A stretch of 64,000 nucleotides of DNA from an uncultured Desulfospira sp. (GCA_963663165.1 OY760175.1:864001-928000); one strand, 5' to 3'. Shown: positions 40,727 through 51,861, counted from the stretch's first letter. The notes: a model not told the origin generated them from the letters alone. Numbers and translations: made by a program.

Positions 40727-42133
40727 TCAAGGAACTATCTGCTTTCCTGCGGCTGTCTTTAACGCCTCAACCAGCGGCCATATCCTGTCCGCTGTTTTTT
40801 CGGCAAATACGCTGCTTTCCATCTCGTGCAGTCTGTCGAACCATTTTTTATCACCGGATCTGTCGTTTCGCCAGCATTGTCGGACTTTTACCGCTTCTTT
40901 GACCAGGGCCTTCATCTCTGAATTTTCAAGCAGTAGCGTTAACATTTTTTTCCCTGTGTGCTTTTTATTGTGAAGGTAAACCTCAAGACTTTGCATCAAC
41001 TCAACCCCTGTATTGTGGTCAGTTGCTTCATCGGCTGATTCCGGTTTTTGGGTTTGCACAAGCCCACCAAGTAACCCTGCGGTTCTGGGAAATCGAATAA
41101 TAGCCGAAATAAAGGGTGCCAATGCTTTTTGCCACCGGTCCATCTCACAAAGAGCAAAAGCCCGTGCAAAATTTTCCTGCGGATAGACCATGCAGACGTA
41201 CCAGGCAGCTTTTTCTGCTTCTTCCCAGGCTCCGCTGTTTAAATACACAGGAATGCGCTCCGACATTGCAGTGATTTTTTGACCGCACTCCTTGTCCAAC
41301 TTATCGCATAGTGCAAGTGCCCGGGTGTATTCGTTATTTCGGTTGCAGGTTTGCGCCAGATAGATTATCGCGCGGATGTATGGCCGGGTTGACAGATCCG
41401 ACCAGTAACTGTCCTTCCGGATCCGCTTTGGAAAAAGTGTGCGACCTATAGTCATGGCATTTTTAAAATGCGTTTTAGCTGCTGCCAGATCATTTTTTGT
41501 CACAGCGGTAAGTCCCAGATAATTGTGGCCCTCGGCATAGTTATCCCAGCACTCAACAAACAGTCCGGCCAAGGCCTCAACCTTATCATATTCCTGATTT
41601 TCATACATTTGGGCAATAGCCTCCATTCCTTCGGCAGGTATTTCACGGCGATGCATCAATGTTCGCCAGAAAAAGGGATTGTCCTGGTTCCATTCGTTTT
41701 CTTCTTGATCTGCAAGGTCAAGCCGCCAACTGATGAGATCCCGCAGATACATAAGCTCGTGTTGCTGATTTTCCAATAGCCTTGCCGATGAAATCAAAAC
41801 CTGGGGATCTGCAATTAAAAGTTCTTTGGTAAATGCAACCATGGCATTTCGAAAGCCGTTTTCCACCCTGCTCTGCTTGTATGGATAAAGATCGGGAAGA
41901 ATAGCCATGTTATTTTTTATAGCGGCGTCCAGCTTTTTCCAATCAAACCGGATCGCTGGAAACTCATCCTCAAGGAATTGCCTGAACATCTGTTTATACT
42001 TGCCGGTTGCAGCCATGGTTTCAGCCTTTGAATAGAACACGAACAATGTCTGCTGTTCCACGGAGTTGGAGACTGAATTCCTTTGCCCATGAACGATAAC
42101 AACTTGATTGCCTTTTTTTCTGACATACGCCAT
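40727..42133 (-). CDS. Hypothetical protein with TPR-like helical region
   Basis: Long ORF with RBS GGGGAG; YAEGHNYLGL...A..HF..A TPR-like repeat. Confidence 0.8.
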   Translation of the reverse strand: MAYVRKKGNQVVIVHGQRNSVSNSVEQQTLFVFYSKAETMAATGKYKQMFRQFLEDEFPAIRFDWKKLDAAIKNNMAILPDLYPYKQSRVENGFRNAMVAFTKELLIADPQVLISSARLLENQQHELMYLRDLISWRLDLADQEENEWNQDNPFFWRTLMHRREIPAEGMEAIAQMYENQEYDKVEALAGLFVECWDNYAEGHNYLGLTAVTKNDLAAAKTHFKNAMTIGRTLFPKRIRKDSYWSDLSTRPYIRAIIYLAQTCNRNNEYTRALALCDKLDKECGQKITAMSERIPVYLNSGAWEEAEKAAWYVCMVYPQENFARAFALCEMDRWQKALAPFISAIIRFPRTAGLLGGLVQTQKPESADEATDHNTGVELMQSLEVYLHNKKHTGKKMLTLLLENSEMKALVKEAVKVRQCWRNDRSGDKKWFDRLHEMESSVFAEKTADRIWPLVEALKTAAGKQIVP

Positions 42134-42165
42134 ATGCTCCCCCTGATGTTGTGTTTTTTTGTATA

Positions 42166-42192
42166 ATTGCACAACAGCACGAATTGTGCAAT
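42166..42192. promoter_or_regulatory. 9-9-9 inverted repeat, possible operator
   Basis: ATTGCACAA-N9-TTGTGCAAT about 30 bp upstream of 42133. Confidence 0.45.
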
Positions 42193-42403
42193 AAATCATT
42201 TGCGCACAACAACCTTGTAATTTAAAAAAAGAAGAAAGTCATACCGCGCATAGCCAGGTTAACGATGAAAAGAGAAGAAAGCATTTGGTGGTCGCCTTTT
42301 GATGTTAAAATGGAGCCTTTACAGGAATTTTTAACAGGCCTTTTGATTTATATTTTCGTCTGATATAATGCTGAAAAATATATCCGGGAGGTACAAAAAA
42401 ATC

Positions 42404-42628
42404 ATGAGAGTAACCAATACATCAATATTTGATTTAAGCCCACCAGAAAAATTGCAGTTGGTACAGGATTTATGGGATGATCTGGCTAACACTGCATCTG
42501 ATGTCCCCATTCATGAATGGCAAAAACAAGAATTGGCCAAGAGAAAGGCTAACTTAATGACCAATCCGGCTTCTGGGCTATCATGGAACGAGGTAAAGCA
42601 AAAAGTTCGAAGTCCATATGGACGCTGA
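42404..42628 (+). CDS. Addiction module antitoxin component
   Basis: LSPPEKLQLVQDLWDDL...W...EL..R...SW.EVK. Confidence 0.88.
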   Translation: MRVTNTSIFDLSPPEKLQLVQDLWDDLANTASDVPIHEWQKQELAKRKANLMTNPASGLSWNEVKQKVRSPYGR

Positions 42629-42918
42629 ACTCGTCATAGCACCTGAGGCTCTTCAAGATGTTCATGAAGCCTATAACTGGTATGAAAACAGAAGGACTGG
42701 CCTGGGTGAAGATTTTTTGAGTTGTGTGGATGCCTGTATCCAAAAAAATATGCCGGGCACCTGAATTATATATGAAGGTTCATGAGAACTATCGACGGGC
42801 ACTGGTGAGGCGCTTCCCATATGCTGTATTCTTTGAATTTGCAAATAAAAAGGTGATTGTTTACAGTATATTCCATATTTCTCAAAATCCAGGAAAATGG
42901 AAATTCCGCTTAACTTGA
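42618..42918 (+). pseudogene. RelE/ParE toxin, frameshifted in an A7 run
   Basis: MDAEL.IAPEA.QD..EAY.WYE..R.GLG.DF joins RRAL.RRFPY only after a shift at CAAAAAAAT (~42741). Confidence 0.8.
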
Positions 42919-43053
42919 TCAAGATTGTACAATCATAGAAAAACAAGCTCTTGAATTTCTTATTTATCCCGAGGAAAGACTTTTAAATACTTCATAACAA
43001 AAACATGCTGCGGGCAAGCCACAGATGTTTTTGTTAATCCTGACGGGAGACCG

Positions 43054-43185
43054 GATGTGGACCAGGTGCATGTGGACCAGGAAAATAAAATCGTTACCAC
43101 GCCGGCTTATATGCTGGGACCTGGAATCAAAGACGCGGCCAAAGGAATTGAAAAACTGGTTCTGAAAATAATTGAAATGGCATGA
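43054..43185 (+). pseudogene. elbB: C-terminal fragment of ElbB (DJ-1/PfpI glyoxalase)
   Basis: VDQENKIVTTPAYML...AKGIEKLV. Confidence 0.75.
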
Positions 43186-43588
43186 TAAAATTCATGTTTG
43201 GCCGTGTGTCTGTGACAGTCTTTGTTCGTCCGTGTTTTTTGCAGGAGAGGCTATTCTCGCGAAGCCATCGTGGGCATGGCCCACTCCTTCCCAAAATCGA
43301 AATTCATCCCAAGATCGATTTGATAGCGTTCCCTATAGCGATAGCGAGTTCGGTAGGGTAGGTACACTTTATTATAAATGCGGGTTACCCTGACTCTGTG
43401 GATGGGCACCCTTGACAAATAAAATAAAGCCTGATTAAAAAGGATGTTATTAAAATTCATTTTACCCCGCTGCAGCTGAAAACAGAAATCATAAACGGCA
43501 CTCAAGATTAGAGAATTCCAGAGAAGATCTGCCAAAAATCCTTTTGGCAGGGTCGATCTGTTTTTACTTTAAAGGAGGGGAAAGCATC

Positions 43589-45385
43589 ATGGGAATCAAG
43601 AGGATTGCAACATGGCTGTTCATAACGGCCTGGGTACTGACGGTCATGGCCACACCAGGTTTTGGACTTATGTCTGAGCAGATCAATTACCAGGGCAAGC
43701 TAACGGATCCATCAGGAATGCCTGTTCTTGATGACACTTACATCATCACCTTTTCCATCTACAACTCGGATACGGCCACCATCCCGCTTTGGCATGAGGC
43801 TTCGGTCGCCGTACCGGTCGTCAATGGAATCTTCAATGTCAAACTGCCCCATGACCCCGGCAGTTCCCCCTTCCCGGCAGGCCTGTTTGACAACGAACTG
43901 TTTTTGGGCGTTAAGGTAGGAGCGGATGATGAGATGGTGCCCCGGCAACTTCTCACCTCAGTTCCCTTTGCCTTTAAAGCCGCTGATTCACAAATGCTTG
44001 AGGGCCGTTTGGCTGACGAGTTTGCCGGTGCCGAACACACCCACGATTTTGCTGATATAAACGGATCGGTCAGCGACGACCAGGTTCCGGATACCATTAC
44101 CGTCAATCATGCTGCCCAGGCAGACCTTGCAGAAAATGCAGACCTGCTGGACGGTCAGCCTGCAAGTTTTTTTGCCGCTGCCACCCACGAACACACCTTT
44201 GCTCAAATCCTTGGCGAGATCGGCGACGGCCAGGTCCCCAACAACATCACCGTTGAGTATGCCTCAAATACTGGGAATGCAGATATGGTGGATGGTCAGC
44301 ACGCCAGTGCGTTCATGGCCGCAGGCACTGACAACTGGGTTAACACCACCGGAGACACCATGACTGGCCGCCTGGAGGTAACGCGGATACTGCTTAACGG
44401 ATGGGGAGAGTCTATCAAAGGCATTCTCAATACCGGAGACACCGGGGCCGGTGTATATGGCATGAGCAATGGTCCCAATTCCTATGGCGTGGCCGGCGGT
44501 GCCACCGGGGCCAATGGCGCCGGTGTATACGGTGAGACCACCGGGACCAGCGGCATCGGTGTAAAAGGAACCGCCTTTGGTGCCGACGGGATCGGTGTTT
44601 ACGGCGAGGGACAGCAATGGGCCGGCTACTTTAACGGCGACCTGTTTGCTGGCGGAACGGTGGGGATCGGCACGACCAATCCAACGGAAACCAAACTTCA
44701 TGTGGCCGGTAATTTAAAAGTGACCGGAGATGACGGCTGGAGCACCACCGGTGACGAGGCCGTCATCGGTCTGGGCAATTATATCGGACACTTTTTCATC
44801 AAGGCGGTTTTCGGGGATGGCCTCCGGCTTGGCGCTTACGCCACCACCGATGCTTTTGTGCTCAAGCAGATCTCCGGCAATGTCGGTATTGGAACGGCAA
44901 GTCCTGCCAGCAAGCTGGATGTAAACGGCACCACCACCACAAAAGTCCTGGTCATTACCGGCGGTGCAGATTTATCCGAAAGTTTTGACGTATCTCCTAC
45001 CGGCAGAGAAATCCGGCCAGGCGCGGTGGTCAGCATTAACCCGGATCAAACCGGCGGGCTCATGGTCAGTCAGGAGGCCTATGACCATAAAGTGGCCGGC
45101 ATCATCAGCGGCGCCGGTGATGTAAAACCCGGTCTTCACATGGGCCAGAAAGGCACCCGGGCCGACGGAGAATACCCCGTGGCGCTTACCGGCAGGGTCT
45201 ACTGCTGGGCAGATGCCTCCCGGGATCCGATCCGGCCAGGCGATTTATTGACCACATCAGACACTCCGGGCCATGTCATGCGCGTGACAGACTATGCAAA
45301 AGCTCAGGGGGCCACACTTGGCAAGGCCATGAGTTCCCTGGAACAAGGCCAGGGGCTGGTGCTCGTGCTGGTGGGACTGCAGTAA
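43589..45385 (+). CDS. Secreted fibre/adhesin-like protein
   Basis: Signal peptide, INYQGKL.D, three AD.LDG..A..F repeats, GVYG repeats, GNVGIGT..P..KL.V.G, C-terminal GAD.SE..G.V...G.V.V domain. Confidence 0.8.
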   Translation: MGIKRIATWLFITAWVLTVMATPGFGLMSEQINYQGKLTDPSGMPVLDDTYIITFSIYNSDTATIPLWHEASVAVPVVNGIFNVKLPHDPGSSPFPAGLFDNELFLGVKVGADDEMVPRQLLTSVPFAFKAADSQMLEGRLADEFAGAEHTHDFADINGSVSDDQVPDTITVNHAAQADLAENADLLDGQPASFFAAATHEHTFAQILGEIGDGQVPNNITVEYASNTGNADMVDGQHASAFMAAGTDNWVNTTGDTMTGRLEVTRILLNGWGESIKGILNTGDTGAGVYGMSNGPNSYGVAGGATGANGAGVYGETTGTSGIGVKGTAFGADGIGVYGEGQQWAGYFNGDLFAGGTVGIGTTNPTETKLHVAGNLKVTGDDGWSTTGDEAVIGLGNYIGHFFIKAVFGDGLRLGAYATTDAFVLKQISGNVGIGTASPASKLDVNGTTTTKVLVITGGADLSESFDVSPTGREIRPGAVVSINPDQTGGLMVSQEAYDHKVAGIISGAGDVKPGLHMGQKGTRADGEYPVALTGRVYCWADASRDPIRPGDLLTTSDTPGHVMRVTDYAKAQGATLGKAMSSLEQGQGLVLVLVGLQ

Positions 45386-45439
45386 GAGGCATGAGCCGAA
45401 AGGACTTTAAGTCAGGTAACATCAACGAAGGAGTCTTTC

Positions 45440-47038
45440 ATGCAATCAAGACTAACAATATATCGACTTTTTGGCTGGATCATGGCCATACCGGCTCTTT
45501 TCTGGATAAGCGGCAGTTCCGCCTGGGGACAGGCACCTTTCATGGACAATGCCGTCAAGCCCCTCCGGGTGAAGGCTGTTGCCCAGCCGGCCCCCCGGTC
45601 GCTGGAAAAGACAGAGCTTTTTGACCAGACCAACCTGGTGGAAACCCCTCGGCTGAACGTTCAGCAATTGCTTGCTGAAGATGCCGGACGAACGCGCCTG
45701 GGCCCGCTTCGGATTGGCGTAACCCAGCAATTTTCACCAGTATCCACCCGGGAAAACGGCAAATGGACAACCCTGCCCGATGGCGGACAAATATGGACCG
45801 CCTGGTTCAGGGCACCGGGAGCCCTTTCCATACGGCTTCGACTGACGCCCTGGCCTCCTGCAGCAGGGGCTCAGCTTATCATTTACAATTCTGAAGATGG
45901 AACCCAAGTCAGACAGATGGATGCTGCCCGCGCCGGCAGAACATCCGGCGAGTTCTGGACACCGCCGGTTTTCAACGATGAAGTTCGCCTGGAGTACTAC
46001 CTTCCCGACGGCATTGATCCTGGCTCAACCAATACTTTTTTCTCTGTCGACGCCATCTCCAACCAGTACCGCCCCATGCCCGGTACGGCGTCCACAGATG
46101 ATCTTCAACCGGTCGAACTGGACTGCCATCTGAATATCAGCTGCTACACAGAATGGCAGACCCAGGCAGACGGCGTTGGTGCGCTGACCTATATATCGAG
46201 TCCGGAAGAAGGCCAGTTTTTCTGCTCAGGGGCCATGTACAACCGAGTGCCCCAGGATTTCACATCACTGTTTGCCACGGCCCGGCACTGCGGCGGCAGC
46301 GATGGCTGGAGCCAGTCCGAGGCTGAGTCCGCAATTGTATTCTGGTTTTACCAGACACCTTCTTGCAACGGCACGCCTCCTGACCCGTCAACGCTGCCGA
46401 GCACCAGTGGTGTAGCTGTGCTCGCGGTCGACTCAAACACCGACTACACCTTGCTTGGTCTTGAATCAGATGTTCCCGGAGGCGTCGAATACGAGGGTTG
46501 GGATGCCGGCTACTGGGCCGACAACGAACCTGCAACGGGCATTCACCACCCTCGGGGAACGCACCGTCGGATTACCTTTGGAACCAAAACTGACGATGTT
46601 ACCAGCTGCATCCCGGCCCAGGCATGGCGGGTTTACATTGCCGATGGAGACGGAGAAATCGAACCCGGTTCCTCCGGATCACCAATTTTCGATTCAGGCC
46701 ATCGCGTCCGGGGTGTCGCCAGTTGCGCCAGCTGGAGTTGCACCAGCGACGATACTACCGATTACGGGCGTTTTGACACCGCATTTTCCGTGCTTGAACC
46801 GTTTATTTACAGGAATGATGAAGTGGAATGGGATGCCTATATCAATGAGTCTTATACCGGCACAGAAAAAGGAACCATGTCCCAGCCTTTTAACACTGTC
46901 TTAGAAGGCATTTTTGCCGTACGCAAAAGCACGGACTATTCGGTTTACATTGAGGGGGGCAGTTATGACGAAAGTCTGGTTATCGACACACCCATGACGT
47001 TGAGGGGCCGGAACGGTATTGTCAGCATCGGCCGGTGA
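45440..47038 (+). CDS. Secreted trypsin-like serine protease (lysyl endopeptidase-like)
   Basis: CSGA, TARHC, DYTLL, IHHP.G, GSSGSP. Confidence 0.88.
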   Translation: MQSRLTIYRLFGWIMAIPALFWISGSSAWGQAPFMDNAVKPLRVKAVAQPAPRSLEKTELFDQTNLVETPRLNVQQLLAEDAGRTRLGPLRIGVTQQFSPVSTRENGKWTTLPDGGQIWTAWFRAPGALSIRLRLTPWPPAAGAQLIIYNSEDGTQVRQMDAARAGRTSGEFWTPPVFNDEVRLEYYLPDGIDPGSTNTFFSVDAISNQYRPMPGTASTDDLQPVELDCHLNISCYTEWQTQADGVGALTYISSPEEGQFFCSGAMYNRVPQDFTSLFATARHCGGSDGWSQSEAESAIVFWFYQTPSCNGTPPDPSTLPSTSGVAVLAVDSNTDYTLLGLESDVPGGVEYEGWDAGYWADNEPATGIHHPRGTHRRITFGTKTDDVTSCIPAQAWRVYIADGDGEIEPGSSGSPIFDSGHRVRGVASCASWSCTSDDTTDYGRFDTAFSVLEPFIYRNDEVEWDAYINESYTGTEKGTMSQPFNTVLEGIFAVRKSTDYSVYIEGGSYDESLVIDTPMTLRGRNGIVSIGR

Positions 47039-47079
47039 TCCGACTTATCAAAAAAATACGGGCGCCTTCCTGACGATTG

Positions 47080-47196
47080 ATGGGAGCAACCGCCTATCTG
47101 CTCAAAAATGCCGCGATGAAAAAACGGCTGCTTGATGCTAAAAACCGCACGGAAGGAATACCTTTTGATAAAGCCTGCCAGGATCTTGGAGTTTGA
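47080..47196 (+). pseudogene. C-terminal part of a YefM-like antitoxin
   Basis: ATAYLLKN.AM.KRL..A...EGI.F. Confidence 0.6.
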
Positions 47197-47434
47197 TGCC
47201 AACGGATTTGAGGACCTTGCCTGGTGGATCGAAAAGGACAGAAAAAAGGCCCAAAAAATCGTTAAACTCATCAAGGAAGTCCAACGCCAACCGTTTGAGG
47301 GGACGGGCAAGCCCGAACCCCTCAAACACGAACTGTCTGGATGCTGGTCACGACGGATTGGCCGGGAACACCGGCTGGTCTAACTGGTCTTTGATGAAAA
47401 AATCAGGATATTGGCTTGTAGATATCATTATTAG
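47186..47434 (+). pseudogene. yoeB: Txe/YoeB toxin with internal stop
   Basis: PFEG.GKPEPLKH.LSG.WSRRI..EHRLV*; TAA at 47381-47383, frame continues to CRYHY. Confidence 0.88.
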
Positions 47435-47619
47435 CTGAACTCTTGTTTAGCTGTCAAGCTTGACCTTGGTTGGTTTCTTAAAACGCCTTTTTTGCCCTCA
47501 AAAACATCAATATAGGCCCCCAAAAGGGGATATTTTTAAGGCTAACTGATTGATTATAAATCATTTTGCTTGGTCCGACCCCGACTCAACGACTCACTTG
47601 CTCATGGCCCGACTCATGA

Positions 47620-47945
47620 CTCAACTTCAATAGACGCACTTTGACCGCTTTCGGCTTCCTGGCCGTTTACACTGCGCAGACTTGCCGCTGCATAGGTGTA
47701 GGTGCCTTCCTGGTCCGGCTAGTCTGTATATTGTGTGGTGTCAAGGGTGGTTTAAAGGGGAAAGTTGAACTTGCCCGGGAGCCATCCGGTACTCCACATA
47801 TCCTGCGGCAGAATCCACGGCATTCCATGTAAGGCTGATCTTTCCTGCCGGCATACTGACTCCGGCAAGGCCTGCGGGCGCTTCCAAGGGGGGCAGATCC
47901 CCCTGGTAAATCTGGAAGGCATTGTCATCACTGGCCTTGTTTGAA
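47620..47945 (-). pseudogene. Fragment of an FN3-containing surface protein
   Basis: AP.GL......ISLTW.AV..A.GY..YR, then TQYTD*...TY.Y with frame breaks. Confidence 0.55.
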
Positions 47946-48182
47946 AAAAACTTGCCCAACTTGAAAAATAAAGGCACACTAAAAAATATGATCAAAAATA
48001 GCCTGATTGTAATAAAATAATGGAGTGACTATGGTATTAGCTGACAGGGCGTTGATGCAGACCATCAAGGAGATAGACAACCTGACCGAAGAGGACCGAA
48101 CCACGACAAAAGAGGTATTAAATACATTTATTATTAAACACCGTTTCCAGCGTTTGGCGTCCCAAACAGGCCTGTAGCATTT

Positions 48183-48500
48183 ATGGAACATGACATATTG
48201 AACCGCATACAGAAAAGTGCGGAAAAACAAATACTGTTTCTTCCCCATGCTGTACGCCAGATGTCAAGGCCGGACAGGATGATAAGCACCAGGGATATCC
48301 GTTACGTGATCGAAAACGGTGAGGTCATAGAAGATTATCCGGAAGATGTCCGGGGCCACAGTTGCCTTGTCCTGGGCTGCCCTGATCATGCGATCCATGT
48401 TGTTTGTTCTCCCAAACCGGACTATCTTGCCATTATAACCGCTTACCTGCCCGACGAACAGGAGTGGGAGAACGATTTTAAAACAAGGAGAAAAACATGA
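48183..48500 (+). CDS. DUF4258 toxin-like protein
   Basis: HAVRQM, GEVIEDYPED.RG.SCL.LG, IHVVC, IITAY.P...W. Confidence 0.88.
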   Translation: MEHDILNRIQKSAEKQILFLPHAVRQMSRPDRMISTRDIRYVIENGEVIEDYPEDVRGHSCLVLGCPDHAIHVVCSPKPDYLAIITAYLPDEQEWENDFKTRRKT

Positions 48501-48709
48501 AGTGCATGCATTGCCAGGGAACAATGATCAAAGGCACGGCACCTTTTCATATTGATCAAAAGGGCTACTACTTAACTTTGGAAAAAGTGCCGGCCTGGGT
48601 GTGCCAACAATGCGCAGAGGTCTATTTTGATGAACAGGAAGTAGACGCTATCCAGGAAATTATTAAAACACTGAGAGACCGGACAGATAAGCTTATGGCT
48701 GTGGCATAG
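48497..48709 (+). CDS. YgiT-type zinc finger (MqsA-like antitoxin)
   Basis: MKC..C.G...VPA.VC.QC.E.YF; ATGA overlap. Confidence 0.88.
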   Translation: MKCMHCQGTMIKGTAPFHIDQKGYYLTLEKVPAWVCQQCAEVYFDEQEVDAIQEIIKTLRDRTDKLMAVA

Positions 48710-49338
48710 CAATTTGCTTTGGGGAATAGAAAGTCCAAATGTCAAGCCTGCCCCCCCACTTTTTAAATCTTTTAGCGGGGTAGTTTAAACCAAATAATCT
48801 TGGACGGGTGAGTCTAATTATTCTAAGGCTTAGCAAATAGCCGCATCTATCATATCCAAGTCTGTGCATAATGCTATAATCAAGGTTTAGCCCCTTTTCT
48901 GGAAGGTAATCACCAGGATCAGGGGGACTTGCGCCAGGGGTTGGCCGTTGCTGCGGTCCACGGCCCGGCCAATGATCTCTATATTCTATAAAAAATAAGG
49001 TCAGAGTAAAATTAAACCCATGTTTTCGGCCCCCGAAAGAGTCGATTAAGGCCGTTTTAGGGGCATATTTTTAGCTCTTTTATAGATATTACAATGGGTT
49101 GCTGTGGCCCGACCCCAAACCTACCAACAACCAAACCCAAATCACGCCATGACCATTCAAACATTCGATAGTGTTGAATCCGCAAAAAAGTGGCTCAGAA
49201 AGTGAGGCCATTGCCGCTTTGTTTATTTTTCACACCTTGAATGATGTTTGCAGCCCTATTCCATATATGATAATTAAGCCCATGGTCAAAATGAAGCCGC
49301 CCACAGGGTTTGCCTTTTCATATTAAGGAATAACCATC

Positions 49339-51696
49339 ATGTACGTTAACTTGCTAAAACAGGCTTTTATATTAATCTTTATGTGCTGCTTTCTGACCGG
49401 ATGTGCAAACCAACCGGAAACCGAGGCTGAAAAATTCATCAAAAGCGCCAGGTCTTACATTTCCCAACAAAAACCGGATGAGGCGGTGATTGAATACAAA
49501 AACGCCATAAAGGCTGATCCCGGCAATGGTAACGCCCTGTTTGAACTTGCCGAAACCTATATCCTACTGAAAAGGGTTAACCTTGCCGTCAAGTATTATC
49601 AACTGGCAGCCCGGGCAGAACCCGGCACCCTGACGGCACATCTGAGGCTTGGGCAGATCTATCTTCAGAAAGGACAGCTTATGGAAGCAAGGCAGGAGGC
49701 CATTCACGCCCTTAAAATCTCTCCTGACGCCATTGACGGCCTTCATCTTCTGGCAGATCTTCAGGTTAAAGAAAAGGATATTGAATCCGCCATTAAAACC
49801 CTGAAAACAGCATCAACCATTGACGATAAAAATGTCAAAACCTTTACCGGTCTTGCGCTGCTTTACCTTAAAAACCGGCAGTTAACCAAGGCCGAAGAGG
49901 CCTTTCAAAAGGCCATTGCCGTTGATCCGGCCTCAAGAGATGCCTATATGGGGCTGGCAAGGCTTTACGCCTTTCAAGGCAGGAATGACAAAATTGAGGC
50001 CCTGTTGAAAACAGTCCTTGAAACACCCGGCATAACATCCCAAAAGCATGTGGATCTTGCCTGGTTTTATGAGGGCCAAAAAAATTTCCCCCTTGCTGAA
50101 GAACACTATCTAAAAGCCATTCCGGCATCTGATGAAGCCGTGCGCCCCCTTATCGATCTTGCAAAATACTATGCACGGCGGGAAATGAAGGACAAGGCTG
50201 TTGATACCATGCAAAAGGCCCTTTCAAAACATAAAGAATCCGTGGTTGTGCTCACGGAGTTGTCATGGATTTACCTTAATTTCTCGATGGTGGACAAAGC
50301 ATTTGAAACCGTGAATCAGGCATTGGCCGGGAATCCTTCTGATGTTGACGCCCTTTTACAAAAGGGCCGGGTATTGATGGCCCGAAATGATGTTGAACAC
50401 GCCCTGAAAATTTTTGACAGGGTCATCGGCCAGGACAGGCTCAATGCAAAAGCATACTACTACCGCGCCATCTGTATTGAAACCGGGGGGGCAACAGACC
50501 TGTCGGCACAAGAAATTTTCAGGTCGGCCGCAGGCCTGGCCGACAACCCGGCGGAATTTGAAAAAGTCCAGGTAACGGACAACCTTCTTGCCGCCGCAGC
50601 AATCGACCCGGATTTCACGGATGCCAGGATCAAATTGGCCCAGATCTACCTTTCTGAAAAAAATATAAAAAAGACAAAAGAACAGCTTGAAGAGATCTTC
50701 AAACGCCGGGCACCGAATTTAAAAACCCTGACCCTTCTATCGGGACTTCATATTCTCGAGGGGAACATGGCCCAAGCCGAAAAGATTCTTAAAACCATTG
50801 TTGAGGAAAAACCCGGCCATATCCCGGGAAAACTTCGGCTTGCCCTTTTATACAAAGCCATGGGCAATAAAGAAAAGGCCATAGCGTATTTTCAGGCAGC
50901 TTATGACCTGGACCCAAGACAGCTGGGCCTTATCCAGAAGATCACAAACATTTACCTTGAAGATAAACAATATGGCCCGGCCCTGGCTCTTTTGGATAAG
51001 GTTTCCGGCCAATTCGAACATCAGACAGATGCCAATAATGCCTTATCCTTTTTTGAAAATCTCAAGGCAGAAATCTATTTAAATAAAAAAGAGCTGGACA
51101 ACGGGGTGATTCATCTTCGCAAAGCCATTGAACTGCAACCTGAATACATAACCCCCCGCAATCTGCTGGCAAATATTCTGGCCATGGACAAGGACAAATC
51201 AAAAGCATTGGAACAGTTCAGGGCCATTGAAAAGCTGAACCCGGATTTTATCCCCGCGCTCATGGGCATCGGATCAATATCGGATCTTAGAGGAAACACC
51301 GGCACGGCCCAGGCCTATTACCGTAAAATTCTGGAACTTGACCCTGGCCATGCCCGGGCCGCAAACAACCTGGCATTTATCCTTTCAGAAGAAAAAGACG
51401 GCCTTGAAGAGGGATTCCGCCTGGCCGGGCTTGCAAGGAGCCGTCTTCCCAATGCACCGGATGTTCTGGATACCATGGGATGGCTTTACTTTCAAAAAGG
51501 GGTCTACCCGTCTGCCCGGGCTGAATTTGAAAAAAGCTTAAAACTGAATCCTGAAAGCGCCCTTACCTGCTATCACTATGCCATGACCTTATACCGGATG
51601 AAAGAGTTTGAAGAGGCAAGGGTCTATTTTAGAAAAGCGTTGAAAATCGATCCCGACTTCAAAGGGGCATCTATGGCAAAAAATCTCTTAAACTAG
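49339..51696 (+). CDS. TPR-repeat lipoprotein, PrsT-like (PEP-CTERM system)
   Basis: Lipobox LTGC, A.IEYKNA, many TPRs, AANNLA, DT.GW; next to a PEP-CTERM gene. Confidence 0.85.
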   Translation: MYVNLLKQAFILIFMCCFLTGCANQPETEAEKFIKSARSYISQQKPDEAVIEYKNAIKADPGNGNALFELAETYILLKRVNLAVKYYQLAARAEPGTLTAHLRLGQIYLQKGQLMEARQEAIHALKISPDAIDGLHLLADLQVKEKDIESAIKTLKTASTIDDKNVKTFTGLALLYLKNRQLTKAEEAFQKAIAVDPASRDAYMGLARLYAFQGRNDKIEALLKTVLETPGITSQKHVDLAWFYEGQKNFPLAEEHYLKAIPASDEAVRPLIDLAKYYARREMKDKAVDTMQKALSKHKESVVVLTELSWIYLNFSMVDKAFETVNQALAGNPSDVDALLQKGRVLMARNDVEHALKIFDRVIGQDRLNAKAYYYRAICIETGGATDLSAQEIFRSAAGLADNPAEFEKVQVTDNLLAAAAIDPDFTDARIKLAQIYLSEKNIKKTKEQLEEIFKRRAPNLKTLTLLSGLHILEGNMAQAEKILKTIVEEKPGHIPGKLRLALLYKAMGNKEKAIAYFQAAYDLDPRQLGLIQKITNIYLEDKQYGPALALLDKVSGQFEHQTDANNALSFFENLKAEIYLNKKELDNGVIHLRKAIELQPEYITPRNLLANILAMDKDKSKALEQFRAIEKLNPDFIPALMGIGSISDLRGNTGTAQAYYRKILELDPGHARAANNLAFILSEEKDGLEEGFRLAGLARSRLPNAPDVLDTMGWLYFQKGVYPSARAEFEKSLKLNPESALTCYHYAMTLYRMKEFEEARVYFRKALKIDPDFKGASMAKNLLN

Positions 51697-51717
51697 GTAT
51701 TTTTCTTCCCAACTTTA

Positions 51718-51731
51718 TGTAAAAATTTACC
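51718..51731. promoter_or_regulatory. Possible enhancer-binding site (PEP-CTERM box-like)
   Basis: TGTAAAAATTTACC about 130 bp upstream of a sigma54 site. Confidence 0.45.
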
Positions 51732-51861
51732 CAAATACAGCCTATCCCCGGTTTAGATAAACACACCGCCTGGCACCCATCATCTTCACATCAGTGATGA
51801 AATCCATATTATTTTGAACAGTTATACAAAAAAAACAATATTAGTGATCTTTTTGAAGAAC

